Below, piece after piece: positions 45,616 to 57,646 of a DNA stretch of 64,000 nt. Under the pieces are notes generated by a model, which did no database searches, was not told where the DNA came from, and saw only the letters and a program-made list of their open reading frames with translations. The stretch is from Cyanidioschyzon merolae (Eukaryota). Numbering within the stretch: the stretch's first letter is position 1; each line of letters opens with the position of its first letter. The position numbers and the translations under genes are program-made. Location of the stretch: NCBI GenBank assembly GCA_000091205.1, contig AP006502.2; one strand, 5' to 3'.

Positions 45616-45782
45616 CGCGTCGCCTCGATTCGAACACCACCTGTCCCCCGTTCTTTTGTCGTGCAAACCTTGAATAGTTTTCTTCTACGTTTCTAGGATT
45701 CAACCTAGTTAAGTTTTTGTTTCAGGTGCACTTGGAAGCAATGACCTGTGTCGTTTCGTGACCCACAGTGCGGACCTATGCA

Positions 45783-47296
45783 ATGCTTGACCTGGGTTCA
45801 ACCGTTCTCGCGGTTTGCGGTGTAGCGCTAGCCGTCGGCGTCCTTTGCATGATGGGCGCCAACGACGTTGCGAACGTACTGGGAACTGCCTATGGTGCTG
45901 GTGCATTGCATGTACCAGTGTACTCAGGGCCAGCGAGTCTTTGGGCACGAATCAAAGGGGCAGCTCCTCTGATCCTTTTCGCGGGAGTTTTCGAGTTCGC
46001 GGGAGCGCTCTTCGCCGGCGCGAGCGTGACCGAACACGTCAGCTCCCAACTTGTCTCTGGTGGATCGGCTCGTCAGCGAGCTATCGGTGCCCTGGGGTGT
46101 CTGCTGGCGAGTTTTAGCCTTGTGACGGGGAGCACTGTGGCCGCACTGCCTGTATCTGCGTCCCACGCAACCGCTTCCGCGGTTGTTGCCAGCGGGGCGT
46201 ATCAGGTCTGGCGGCAGCGCTTTGCCAGGGTTTTGTCGAGTTCAGCTGCCTCAGGCCAACCGGAAGCGCCCATGTTGGTGCACTGGCCAGCGGTCTGGTC
46301 GATGTTAACCGCCTGGACCATGTCACCGTTTGTAGGCTTTCTTTCCGGCTACGTGCTGTATTTTATTTGCGGAGCTCGCTGTATCTCCGAGGAGGTTCTG
46401 GGACTACCCTTGCTCGCTGGCGCAATCATCGGTACTTTATCCATTTTCGTGTTCACGGCAGGCCCGCCCGATCTTCGTTTCCTCTTGAGGGACTGGATGG
46501 CCCCCATTGCGGCCGCAACGAGTAGTTTGGCGTTTGCAGTTGCTGCAACGGTGTTTCTGGTCAAACGGAGAGCATTACTCGCTCCGTACGTGGACACAGT
46601 GGTGCCTCCAGGCCAGTCCCGAGTACCTCATTCGGGACAGGACGCTTTCTCGAGTGAGTGGCAAGCGGAATCCAGTTCGGAAGAGCCTGCTCATAGTCGA
46701 GCGATAGGCTTGCGGATCTTGATGGTTTTTACGGCAGCAGCGCTGGCGTTTGCGCATGGAGGAAACGGTAAGTATACATCTAGCGATATTGCTTCGAATC
46801 ACTGAACAGCTTACTAACCACGAGGATGCAGTGACGCAATCGCGGTGCTGCGCCTTCACGTCCAGATGTCAGTAACGGCATTGCACCGCTGGTTCACATC
46901 ATCAACTATGCGCGACATGATTCAGGAGATAGAGAAACAGTTGCATCGGGAGCAATCTCGCTTTCGTTATTGGCCCTTGGCGGCGCTTCAATTCTGTGCG
47001 GTCTAACGCTATTTGGTTATCGAGTCATGCAGACAGTAGGGTATGCTATTGCGGAACTGGATTTTGCAACGGGCCTTGCAGCTCAGACGGCGGCGACTCT
47101 CTGCGTATTGGTTGCGACAACGGCTGGTATTCCGGTCAGTACGACACAGATTCTAGTTGCAGCCGTCGCTGGTGCTGCGTATTCGCAGGGCAAACCGATT
47201 CAGTATAGAACGCTAGTTCGAATAGTGCTCGCTTGGCTGCTCACGATACCGCTTTCTGCGTCTATATCGGTGATCGTTCCGTGGTTGTTTCAGTAG
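45783..47296 (+). CDS. PiT-family (PHO4-like) inorganic phosphate transporter. Two exons: join(45783..46767, 46866..47296), 471 aa.
   Basis: N-terminal PiT signature MMGANDVANVLGTAYGAG. After splicing the second signature reads FAHGGN|DVSNGIAPLV. C-terminal GIPVSTTQILVAAVAGAAY. The unspliced frame-0 ORF ends at 46805 and the downstream frame-2 ORF reopens at 46835. The track start 45768 is GTG; ATG is at 45783. Confidence 0.75.
46768..46865 (+). other. Spliceosomal intron (98 nt, phase 1) in the PiT gene.
   Basis: 5' splice site G|GTAAGT at 46768. Branch point TACTAAC at 46812-46818. 3' splice site CAG| at 46863-46865. Splicing restores the conserved GANDV.N..PL motif and the reading frame. 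Confidence 0.7.
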
Positions 47297-49027
47297 CAGG
47301 GCATTTAAACGATAACTTTTTACCGTGGTAGACGGTCGCCTCGTGAGGAATTTTTCGTTTCCCATTGATCCAGACGGAAACGACATGGGTCAAGTACCCA
47401 GAGGGCGCTGCGTATGCACACCTGGAAACGCTGCCCTCTGGATGCTCTGGAAGCTACCGAGCTCCGACGCTGCCTTTTCGCGAGTCAGAGTAGTCTAACT
47501 CGCTTTCCCTCTCCAGGAGCAGTGCGTACTTTAGGGTCAGGCGGGATGATCACACAGACCCGACCTGCAACGGTTCCTTCGAAACAGAATCTGAATGATA
47601 TACCCTTGTTACAGGGCCTCGTGTTTCGCGGAAGCCAATTTGCTCAAGTTACACCAGTTTAGCGCTTCGGCGCCTGATGCCCAAATCCACAGACCCCGCG
47701 AGTACTTCATGGGCATTTATTCGCCATCGGGTGTAGTCTTTCAGCTTGATATTCACATATGAGTTATCGAGAAAGCAGTTTCGACTGATAGCAAGTCTTG
47801 GCAAACGCTGCCAAGCCAAGAAGAGACGAGACGAGAAGAGCATCCCCAGGCACCAAATGCTGTCTGGGCAAGCGTCTCGAAGGTGCGACTGTGAACCGCA
47901 CAGAGGCACCTCGGCGAACGTCCAGTGGCGGCGACAAATGCATTCGCATTAGCTCTGTGAAGGCGGGGCGACATGTAAGCCCGGTCCGCTACCTATGGCT
48001 CCCATACGCCGCTGTGATGTGTGTGCAAGGAGCGACCTAATTCGACCGGCTCGTTGCCTGCTCTCATCAAGCATAGACTCGTTCGCGATAAGAACCGGGC
48101 TCCTAACGAGCTGCACCTAGCTTAGCGTCACCGTGGTCTAGCGCAATGACAGGCGTGCAGACTTTGCCGGGAGCTCACTCGAAGCTGCAGCGTAAAGCAC
48201 TTCGTTTCGAGTCGGAAAGTCGTTGGTTGTGTGCTCGAAATAGGCCGAGAGCGCCAACAGATCCGACCCTGATTTTCAAGATAGAGCAGGTACTGCCTGG
48301 TATTCGTCTATTGCCAAGAATCACTGTCCAGCAAAGGGAGACATAATGCTTCATATACCATTATCTGGGCCCCAAAGAGTGAACCATACCGCCAGTATCG
48401 TGAAGTCGCCAAGTCCTGCACCAATTTTCTACCAGTATTCGTTTTCCCGGGGGCAATGGATAAGGCAAGCGCACGGACGACGCTCATATACTTGCAAGTC
48501 TTTTCTACGACATATTCATAGCGATGCAACTCCGAGACCTCTGAACTGCAGACAGGATCCCCAGTCGAGCGCACTGACCCAAAATGTATCTAATCGCTAT
48601 TGAGCGACGGCTGAATTCCTTGGATGCAGCCTCGCGTTTCAGCGCCTCCTTTATATCACACTCACGAGTGCGTTGCTTCTTTTTCATCCGGTTCTAAGAC
48701 TGACGATTCGAGAGCGATATTCGTATTTCTTTGCACTACTGTCGAAAGATCCAGCGGTAGTCTGCGTGTTGCCAACAGATCTCACCAGAACCGATTCAAG
48801 TAGACCGTGCAGCGTAGGCAACAAACTGCTGGGCGCGGACGCATCACAGTACGAAAGCGTTTGTTTCTGGGATTTCACTTGACGTATAACGTTGCGTACC
48901 AAAAACGACGCAGAATAGTTGTGTCTTTTCCAGGATCCGGAGCGGTGGAAACAGAACGAGCTGTCTCGTCGGCTTCTGATTCAAGGTGTTGGCGAACCTG
49001 ATTGTTCGGAAGGTTTAGTTTACTAGG

Positions 49028-49762
49028 ATGAGCCACCCAGACCCAGGTTTTGTCTCCATGAGTTTCGACTCGGACACGCAGAGAAAGATCGTATCACATC
49101 AGCGCACATGGTCACCATACGTGGATAACGGGGGTACCGTTCTTGCGCTTGCGGGTCGTGACTATGCTATTGTTGCAGCTGACACTCGCTTGTCTGTTGG
49201 CTTCTCCATTCCAAGCCGAAACTTTACAAAAATTGTGCAGCTTACGGATCAGGCGGTGCTCGCAAGTGCAGGCATGGGCGCGGATCGACAATACCTTCAC
49301 AAAATCCTGCGGTCTCGACTCGAAATCTACAGATACCAGCACCAGAAGGAGATGTCTCTGGGCGCAATTGCACAGCTCCTCAGCAATACGCTATACAGCC
49401 GTCGATTTTTTCCGATTTACGCCTTTAATGTATTGGGAGGTATTGACGCGAACACTGGCGAGGGATTCGTCTTCGGATACGATGCAATTGGCTCATTTGA
49501 GAAAGTCAAAGTGGTATGCAGCGGCTCAGGGCAGACATTGGTGCAACCTGTACTGGACCAGCAGCTCGCTGGTCGCCAGAAATACGATGTGCCGGATGAT
49601 CAGCGCATGGCGTCTCTTAGTCTCGCTGAGGCGATCGAGTTGACACGAGACGTGTTCAACTCGGCTGCTGAACGCGACATTCTAACAGGCGATGCACTCG
49701 AACTCTACGCTGTGACTGCCAGCGGTGTTCGGTGCGAACGCTTCGAGCTTCGACGCGATTGA
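49028..49762 (+). CDS. Proteasome beta-type subunit (non-catalytic beta3-like).
   Basis: TWSPYVDNGGTVLALAGRDYAIVAADTRLS...GYDAIGSFEKV. ATG at 49028. Confidence 0.85.
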   Translation: MSHPDPGFVSMSFDSDTQRKIVSHQRTWSPYVDNGGTVLALAGRDYAIVAADTRLSVGFSIPSRNFTKIVQLTDQAVLASAGMGADRQYLHKILRSRLEIYRYQHQKEMSLGAIAQLLSNTLYSRRFFPIYAFNVLGGIDANTGEGFVFGYDAIGSFEKVKVVCSGSGQTLVQPVLDQQLAGRQKYDVPDDQRMASLSLAEAIELTRDVFNSAAERDILTGDALELYAVTASGVRCERFELRRD

Positions 49763-51289
49763 CACGGTACCACTGACGCTGGGTGCTCGCAAACCAGAAT
49801 ACGTGTGTGTAGCTTGCGGTAGCAGAAGCGTAGCTGGTGCATTTGGTGCGTCTCAGGCTTGAGCGCTTCACGAAGATGACATGGAGCGGGCCCTGGATGT
49901 GGCTCTCGTGGTGGTGGCTGTGGGTCTTCATGAGCCGCCGAATCGGCTGCAACGGCTAAGTAGTGCACGCTGCTACTCTGAAAATGAGTATAAAGTTTCT
50001 AATTTTAAATTTTTCACCGAACCATGTCGTCTCCACTGAGTTATTTTCGATGTTGGTGTCACCGTGATTTAGGCCCAGGCGCATCCATGTTTTTTTGGAG
50101 CGGGTCTCTTGAATGCGTCGCACGTTGAGGACGGAGACCGGACGGTGCGAAAGCATAGCGGAACCTGTGGAACCCCGTCGGGCATGCATCACTGCAAAGA
50201 GAGGTCATGCCGCTCGCAAAGTGCCACTGGGAATCAGCTAACGCGGATTCTTAGCACGGTATGTCCCAGTGCTTGGGTCCGCGTATCGTGGTCGAATCAT
50301 GCTCGAAGCTGGGTATCCTTCCGTAAATGATAGCGCGCTCCGCTGAAGCGGTTGTTTTGCTCCTTGAGCAGTATAAGGTCTGTCACTCTACCTTGATTCC
50401 CGTTTATCCTCGAGACTCGCCAGTAACCAGGAAATAGCTTCTCGCTGCTTCACAGACGCTTCTGACTTTCGAGAGCACTAGACCAGTCCGTCCATCGCAA
50501 GTAGAGCGTGAATCGATCAAGCAGTTCGCGGTATGCCGACCCGTCTCATGTACATGATGCGACGCTGAGCGCGCTGCAACCTGGCTCGCCGTACGGAGAT
50601 ACGATGGTATCAGCATTCCCTTTGAAGTACTTATTCTGGACGATTGGTTCCCTTGACTTGCACCCGCTTTCGGACATGTGCTGCTACCGCTTTTCTAGTT
50701 TTGCGTGACTGAAAACCGTGTTCAGCTCCGGATATCGGCGATGTTGGCTGGGTGCGTCGCCACCCGACTGGCTGAATCTATCCAAGTTTCAGCGGATGTT
50801 GTACCTCTTGGCGCACGCACGAATGGCGTATTCGAGTAAACACGTTGCTCGAATACAAAGTCTCCGGGGAGACTTTGGTGTGAGCGCGGCCACCAACAGA
50901 GCAATCCGAGTCGCGAGATGCGAAGCCCTATGGATGCTCCCGTGCATGCCCGCCTATGTTGCGTGCCAGGCCCACGGGACAGGGAGCATCGCGGCGGTAT
51001 GCCAGCAGGGACCCACACGCGACTTGTCGCTGGGACGCGGGTGCGGATTCGTGCAGGTGCACCGTGGCTAGTGGCGCTGAGGAGCGCGGAAATCTTCTTG
51101 AGTAACGGACGATAACGATGATCGCAGCAACGATTTTGGAATGAAATGGAACGGATTGCTCGACATGGATGCATAAATCGAAGTTCAGGCGTCTTCCGAA
51201 GGTCATCAATGCCAGCGTTTGCAGGTGTTAGATCCGACTGAATCCTCTTCATTTCACGTATATCAAGCTTCATATACAGCGGTTTCTTC

Positions 51290-52370
51290 TTTCCATCGAG
51301 CTCCGTTTTCAGCAGTCGAGGATTGTTCGTGTCAGCAGTCACGTCCCGATTTCGCTGCCCCCAGCTGTATTCAGTGCGGTTCGTGCACATGCCGTCGTTG
51401 TGATCTACGCTTCGTATGCCATCCACATGCTCCTGGTATACAGCCCCGATCCGTGATTCGCTGTTGTGACGGTTGACTGCGGCCAGGTCTTCCCAGATGT
51501 ATCCGGTTCACGTGCTCCAGGGGCTATCCTGTGACGTGTGACCGCTCGGTTTGGCGCCTGGTTCATGCCCTTGACGAGAACAGAAGGTCCTCCTCGATGC
51601 CAGCGCCGGATTCCGCGCCAGGTGCATCGCTCGATGATCACGGGCTTCTCTAGGGCGGTTTCCGAGTGAGTAATCTGCCTGCTGATTACGCAAGCACATG
51701 CTGCTCCATTCGATCGAGGATTTGTGGAATGGTATCCTGTCTATGATGAAACAAGGACCGAAAGAAAATCGAGACTGGGGAGTACACCGAGAATGTTCGA
51801 TCCGTCTGCGCTCGCCTCACGCCAAGCGGTGACGCATGCACCAGTGGAGTCGATCGCTGCGATCACTGAAGTTCGTCAGAGTCCGGGCTCCTTTTCCGTA
51901 CGAATCAAAGAGACGTCAGCCTTCAGGAGCGAATCCCGTCTGCGGAATTCTACTGCTGTCGTATGCGGTTTCATCGTTAGCCACAAGGAGAGGCTGATTT
52001 GTTTTTCGAACGGAATAGATGATTCCACATCATATATGTTGTCAAGTTTTGGCATGAACTTGTGAGATGCTGTTTTCGACGTCAATTCACTGGCGTGCAT
52101 TGCAGCGCCCATGAGTCACCTTGAAACAGAACGATCGAAAACATGAAGAATGCGTGCTATGAATACGTTTCACGTAAGAAACAGTAAAAGGATGGACGCT
52201 TGCACTTCCGAACCGGGTGATCCTGTTATTTAGTTTACGAATCCTTGTTCGCGTGCGTCGCGAATCATCTCGATGCCGGGGTCAGAACGACGTCCCGCAG
52301 AAGAGAGTCTAGATGAGCACGCAAAAACGACAACCGAAGATTCTAAAACTACGGATGAATCCGTACGCAC
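51290..52370. repeat. IR2-R: right arm of the 1.08-kb inverted repeat pair, reverse complement of 39,290-40,370.
   Basis: See IR2-L. Confidence 0.9.
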
Positions 52371-52966
52371 AACGTGCTAAACTTTGAATATGAATACTGT
52401 CCATCTGAGCACGTTAGGAAAAACACCAAAAAGCATGTACAAAGCGAACAGTTCTGTGTTCCGTTCTAATCTGACGCAGAAGTAGACGCTCCATCGGAGA
52501 CTATCGGAACGCGCAAGACCACGAAATGCAGCAATTTCGAGCGAGTCTCGAGACCTGCCTTTACTGCATATATGGGGATCATCGAGAGTGTTTTCGAAGA
52601 AATTGACCCAAAGACGCTGCACTAGCGCGATACGTGCATGCCGTGGCAAACCGCTGCCGCCACTGCCAGCGCTGTTGTCGTCGGCGCAGCAAACCTACAG
52701 ATCTGGGCCATGTCGATGCATTCTTACCGAGAATAGCTGCATATTCAATTCACGCCACAAGACGTGCCCGCAAGAATGTGCTTTTCGACATCGTGCGATC
52801 AATGCCTAGTGCCTCTGCGATCCAATAATCCGGGGCACTCCCGAAGCATGCGGCGTCGTTGCCACGGGAGCGGGCGGCACTTTTCAGACGTGTGCTGTTC
52901 AGGTTAGACAAACGATTCATCTATGACTTGTCTGACGTGAAGCTCTCAATGCTTTGACAAGCCTTG

Positions 52967-54403
52967 CTAAGCACCTGCTGACCTACGCGTCTGAAGCGGT
53001 GCCGTTCCGAGCACCTTTTGAAAAGCATCGGGTACGCGCATGCGAGGAGGCGTTCGACCGATCCCTGGGTTCCCCAACTGCCCACATGCCGCCATTTTAT
53101 CATCACCACGACTACGGCGGAGGGTCACCAGAACCCCTCGTTCGTGGAGATACTGGCGAAAAGCTTCCATTTGCGGGAGCGGACTTGGTCGAAACTCTGA
53201 ACCGGCATGTGAGTTGAACGGAATCAGGTTCACTTTGCAGGGAATATGCGCGATCAGTCTGAGTAAGCGCTTCGCGTCGTCGAGGGAGTCATTCACTCCT
53301 CCGAGGAGCACGTATTCAAAGAAAACTTTGTCACCGCGGCGAGCATCGCGGGCGTACTCCTCACGCAATGTCTCCAGAAGCACTTCCAATGGATATTTTC
53401 GATTGATCGGCATGATCCAGTTGCGCACCTCATTCGTTGTGGCATTGAGGCTCACCGCCAGATTCGCTGATGTTTCGCGCAGGTAGCGTCGTATCTCCGG
53501 GACCAGACCCGAAGTGCTCACCGTAACTTTGCGATGAGAGAGACCCATGGCCTTGGGGTCCAACAGGATCTCCAACGCTCTCAGCACGTTATCCAAATTC
53601 TGAAATGGCTCACCCATGCCCATAAAGACAATGTTCGATATTTGCGTGCTCGCCTGCCGCGGTGACTCGTAGCGAGCCTTGGTCAATGTGACCTGATCGA
53701 CGATTTCCGCTGCAGTCAGATTTCTCTGCAGACCCATTTTTCCGGTGAAACAAAACTGACAATTCATCGCGCATCCCAGCTGCGAGGAAATGCACAACGT
53801 GTTCCGACCGGAGGCAGGGATGAGCACAGACTCCACTGCCCCGGGGCTGTCACCGTCGACTTGATAGACGAGTTTGCGTGTTCCGTCCTGTGCTTCGCGG
53901 ACCTCGCGTAGCGAAAGAGCGTGCAGACGGGCACTGCTCGCCAGTGCCTCTCGGAAGAGTTTTCCAAGGTCGGTCATATCATCCACCTGCGAGGCAACTG
54001 GCGGGCGGTAAAGCCACTTGTACAACTGACGGGCACGGTATGGCTTCTCGCCCATGCCACTAACAAAGTTTTCCAGTTCTTTAAGCGTCATGCCGCTCAG
54101 CGTCCAGCAAGTCGCCTGTGACAGAGAGGCGGAGGCCACAGGCTGGAGTTGCTCGTCGCCGGCGTCATTAGGTGGTGAAGCCGGCTCCACCACATAGCGC
54201 TCGGTTGGATTCGCATCGGAGCAGCGCACTAAAATCCTCGTCGAGCGCCCTAGAACAGAGCACGGTTTCTGCGCGCGGCTCCGAAGCATGGCCACAGCTC
54301 TGCTGCGACGCAGGAACGCGTGTCCGAATCCTCCGTTCACAGCGTGCGTTGGGAACATACCCGCGAAGCCTGGACACGACTCCCTGAGCCCAACAGGCGA
54401 CAT
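52967..54403 (-). CDS. Radical SAM rRNA/tRNA adenine-C2 methyltransferase (RlmN/Cfr family) with an N-terminal transit-peptide-like extension.
   Basis: CX3CX2C radical-SAM motif CISSQLGCAMNCQFCFTGKMG. MGMGEPFQN and VNLIPFN motifs. The track start 54418 is GTG; ATG (MSPVGLRE...) is at 54403. Confidence 0.85.
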   Translation of the reverse strand: MSPVGLRESCPGFAGMFPTHAVNGGFGHAFLRRSRAVAMLRSRAQKPCSVLGRSTRILVRCSDANPTERYVVEPASPPNDAGDEQLQPVASASLSQATCWTLSGMTLKELENFVSGMGEKPYRARQLYKWLYRPPVASQVDDMTDLGKLFREALASSARLHALSLREVREAQDGTRKLVYQVDGDSPGAVESVLIPASGRNTLCISSQLGCAMNCQFCFTGKMGLQRNLTAAEIVDQVTLTKARYESPRQASTQISNIVFMGMGEPFQNLDNVLRALEILLDPKAMGLSHRKVTVSTSGLVPEIRRYLRETSANLAVSLNATTNEVRNWIMPINRKYPLEVLLETLREEYARDARRGDKVFFEYVLLGGVNDSLDDAKRLLRLIAHIPCKVNLIPFNSHAGSEFRPSPLPQMEAFRQYLHERGVLVTLRRSRGDDKMAACGQLGNPGIGRTPPRMRVPDAFQKVLGTAPLQTRRSAGA

Positions 54404-54651
54404 GTCGATTTCGGACACCGACCTTGCGGTCTCCGAAACTTGTCGTCGTCCGCCGGTCTAAAACGCTGGAACAAACCAGCGTCGACATGCCGGATATGTC
54501 GTCCGGGTGGACGCGTGGAGCGGCGCGGGCTACGGCCTCGCCATGAACGCTTCGGGAATGAGTGTTGCTCGCTGACGCCTTGGGAACGCTGTATTCCTGT
54601 ACCGCTTGAGCGATATTTCCGAGCTCGAGTGCTACTCGCTTTTCTGGAGGC

Positions 54652-55740
54652 ATGGATGCGCCTCAGGAGAGTCACTTTATTCTGAGGTTGCCTGAGCGTC
54701 TGGCAAAGCGCTTGCGAGACGCGTTGGAGGCGAGCGCATGGGATACTGTCGAGGACGCTACTACCAGCGTCGGCGGGCGACGTACAGTAGCTGCCACCGC
54801 TGTTGATTCGGTCGACCAGGGGTTTTCCAGTGCTGGCAACAGTCTAGCTGCAGATAATACTGGTCAGGCGAGCACGCGGCAGTTGCTGGCGTCGACGAAG
54901 ACCGAACAGTTTTGGTTGGTTTTCTTTCCGGAAAATCGCAATGGCCGTCTAGCTGCGCTTCGTATCGGGAACGAAACGCAGTACGAAGAGCACTTTGGCT
55001 TCATGTTCGATCTTCCGTGCATAGTGGAGTCATGGAAGACTTTAGACGGCCGCACAGTGTACAAGTGCGCGGACGTGCACCAAATCCTTCAGATCTACGA
55101 AGACCCGAAGGATCTGCCGACCGGCACAGAAGAGACCCTTGGGGACGGATTAACGCCCGCTAGTCGTGGCTTCCTTGAACGCCATCGGCCAGAAGAACCC
55201 AAGTATTCGGCGATAGAGGTGGCGCAGCATGAGGAAATCATCAAGTATGCGCTGGACTTTCGAAAACCGTGGAATGGGCCGATGCCAGTCTCAGTGGATG
55301 TTGACGAAGAGGTCGTAGAGGAGGAGATCTGGGTGCCGCTTCCCAAAGAGGAGATGCCAAAGCCGCCAGAAGCATCAGTCATAACCCAAGCAAGTGCTTC
55401 TGTGGCGAATATGGAGAAGCTGCCGAATGAAACACCTCGTGAGGCAGCGCCGGTATCTCTCCCAACGGAAACGGATCAGCTTGCGTCTGAGCTTGAAGAG
55501 GCGCTCCTGCAGGACTCTGAACCCGCGACCACGGAAGAAAGGCCCTCTGCGACGGCCGTTAGTGCCGCACGCCAGGCGGAACAGGCTCGAAAGGATCTTC
55601 TCCGCCGCAATTTAGAGCAGCGGATTGCGGAACTGGAGCGGGAGATCAGTCGTATCGCGAACCCTCTTTTGCGCTCAAGAGTCCAGCGTCGCTTGGAACA
55701 GACGAAAGCGGAGCTAGATCAGCTGAATGCGGCTGATTAA
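54652..55740 (+). CDS. TFIID subunit TAF7.
   Basis: TAF7 N-terminal box HFILRLPERLAKRLRDALE. FDLPCIVESWKTLDGRTVYKCADVHQILQIY (compare human TAF7 VDLPCIIES.KT.D.KTFYKTADICQML). Acidic middle region and C-terminal coiled coil. ATG at 54652. Confidence 0.75.
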   Translation: MDAPQESHFILRLPERLAKRLRDALEASAWDTVEDATTSVGGRRTVAATAVDSVDQGFSSAGNSLAADNTGQASTRQLLASTKTEQFWLVFFPENRNGRLAALRIGNETQYEEHFGFMFDLPCIVESWKTLDGRTVYKCADVHQILQIYEDPKDLPTGTEETLGDGLTPASRGFLERHRPEEPKYSAIEVAQHEEIIKYALDFRKPWNGPMPVSVDVDEEVVEEEIWVPLPKEEMPKPPEASVITQASASVANMEKLPNETPREAAPVSLPTETDQLASELEEALLQDSEPATTEERPSATAVSAARQAEQARKDLLRRNLEQRIAELEREISRIANPLLRSRVQRRLEQTKAELDQLNAAD

Positions 55741-56632
55741 GTTGGTTTATCGCGTCATGTCGATAAGCAAGCCAGGTTGCTGCGCGTCATGCGTCTAACC
55801 GGTGACACCACCGTTAGCCTGGCACGCCGCGTGGATATCGAAGCGGATCTGTTCTGATGTGAGACGCTGGATTATGGGCGTCTCCCGGTGGATGCAATCC
55901 ACCACATGTACGGAATGCAGCGCCTACTTTTGGCGCAAGTTACGCAATGTATGAACGAACATCGATGCACGAGCGCACGAACGAACGAATATTCCGGAAT
56001 ACACAGGCACGAACGCATTTTCATTCTGGATGAAGCAGGTATTCGGTTGCGCATGCGCCCAAGTCACGCGTGATGTACCTGCGATGAATAGCCAGCTCGA
56101 TCAATGTACGAACGACATGCATCCGGATGCACATGCTTTTCATGAAACTACGTCATAGGCATCGTTAACAAGAGACAGCGCTCGCTCAAGAGCAGTATAT
56201 TCACTTTTGAAGCGTACGCTCTCGAATCCACAGGGCGCCGGTGACGACCGCTTGGGCCACCTACCGAGACACCATATCGAGCGCTACTTTCATGTTCAGT
56301 CCGGTCCGACGGTCAGACCACGAACAAGGCGTACTGCGCGTCTTTGCCTCATACCGATTCCACCGTTTCCAAAGAACGGAGCTGGCGATTCTTCGAATGC
56401 TTCTGCACGAGATGATGCACCAGTAATTTTGAACGCCCCAAACACGGCACGGCGATGCACGGTGCAGTTATCTGTTAAGAGGCGCAGTCGCGCATCTGAA
56501 CCAAGGCCAAACTCCACGCTCGACAAATATCGAGTGCAGACTTGAACCACTCCGGCGAAGATCAGGACTCTTCGAGGCCAACGATGGCGCATCGAAGAGA
56601 CCGGCTCCCAGGAGACCCCATGTTGATGCGCT

Positions 56633-57394
56633 TTACGCATCCGTCTTGTACAGGCATCGGAAGCGAATCTCTAATGCTTCCAGTGGGATTGTACTTAAAT
56701 GTGCGGCATTGTGCTCCAGCATCTCTGTGGACTTGCCAGACGCCACAGCTGCGTCGACTTGATCATCTCGAAGAAGGTTGATCGTGGGCAAGGGTGCTCG
56801 TCGTTCGTAATCCAACTGGTCTACCGGGATACAACCGTTCGCTGGGGCACCATGCTTCGCATACATATGCATTGGATGGAAAAAAACCAGCACGAAGGAA
56901 TCACTTAGGCCGCGTGCCTCCCAGCGTCGTTCCAGAAGGAGCGTGCTCGCATAGAAACGCTCAAAGTCTCGGGGATGAAAGTTCGGCAACACGAGCAGTG
57001 TGGTTGCCAACGCTTCCTCTGGTGCATGCTGCAGCACTTGCGCCTCTCGCTCCAGTGCTCGTTCAACTTGTTGGATGGATGTAGCACCATCAACGGCAAT
57101 TCTCACCTGGTTGGCGAGAAAAGGCGCCCGCGCGTACGGGCACAGCTGGAGCGCCAGCACAAAGTCGCGAACCCACCTGCGCGTTAACGCTTCGCAGTGC
57201 GGGACATCCACCGGTAAACTTGACTGAGATTCGATCATAACTTTTGCAGCCCTTTTCGTTGTCGCCAGATTCCATCGACTGCGCGAGTAGCACACGCGTC
57301 TCCCCGTCCTACAACCATTGACCAGCGGCTGTGCGACGTTTATGGCACTGAGAAAACCCAGCCGCTCTCGGGTGTACTCTCCTGACGAGTGCAT
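56633..57394 (-). CDS. Conserved hypothetical protein, DUF1415-like.
   Basis: WVRDFVLALQLCPYARAPF...FVLVFFHPMHMYAKHG...LPTINLLRDDQVDAA resembles the DUF1415 family from memory. ATG at 57394. Confidence 0.45.
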   Translation of the reverse strand: MHSSGEYTRERLGFLSAINVAQPLVNGCRTGRRVCYSRSRWNLATTKRAAKVMIESQSSLPVDVPHCEALTRRWVRDFVLALQLCPYARAPFLANQVRIAVDGATSIQQVERALEREAQVLQHAPEEALATTLLVLPNFHPRDFERFYASTLLLERRWEARGLSDSFVLVFFHPMHMYAKHGAPANGCIPVDQLDYERRAPLPTINLLRDDQVDAAVASGKSTEMLEHNAAHLSTIPLEALEIRFRCLYKTDA

Positions 57395-57646
57395 GCTCTC
57401 CTCAACTATGCGTTTCTTCAGGTGAAACTCGTGCGGCTGTTGAAGAGCCTCACCTCGGGGAACGAAACCGTAACCATGGTAAGGCGAACGACCTTCAGAT
57501 GCACGTGCTCGCTCGCGTTCGGCGAGCTACAGCTGCTGACAGCTGCCCTGGTCACGAAACCCCGGTCTGGCCCGGAGACAAGTCCACTGCCCAAATCTGC
57601 CGTTTTTAAAGCGGATGTTCACCAGCAGAGTCACTCGTGACGGTTG

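Noticed and set aside
50722-51426. 234-aa ORF on the - strand between the proteasome gene and IR2-R.
   Set aside because: No recognisable domain. Its first 45 codons lie inside IR2-R, and the homologous stretch in IR2-L is interrupted by a 1-bp indel. Likely a chance ORF spanning the repeat boundary.
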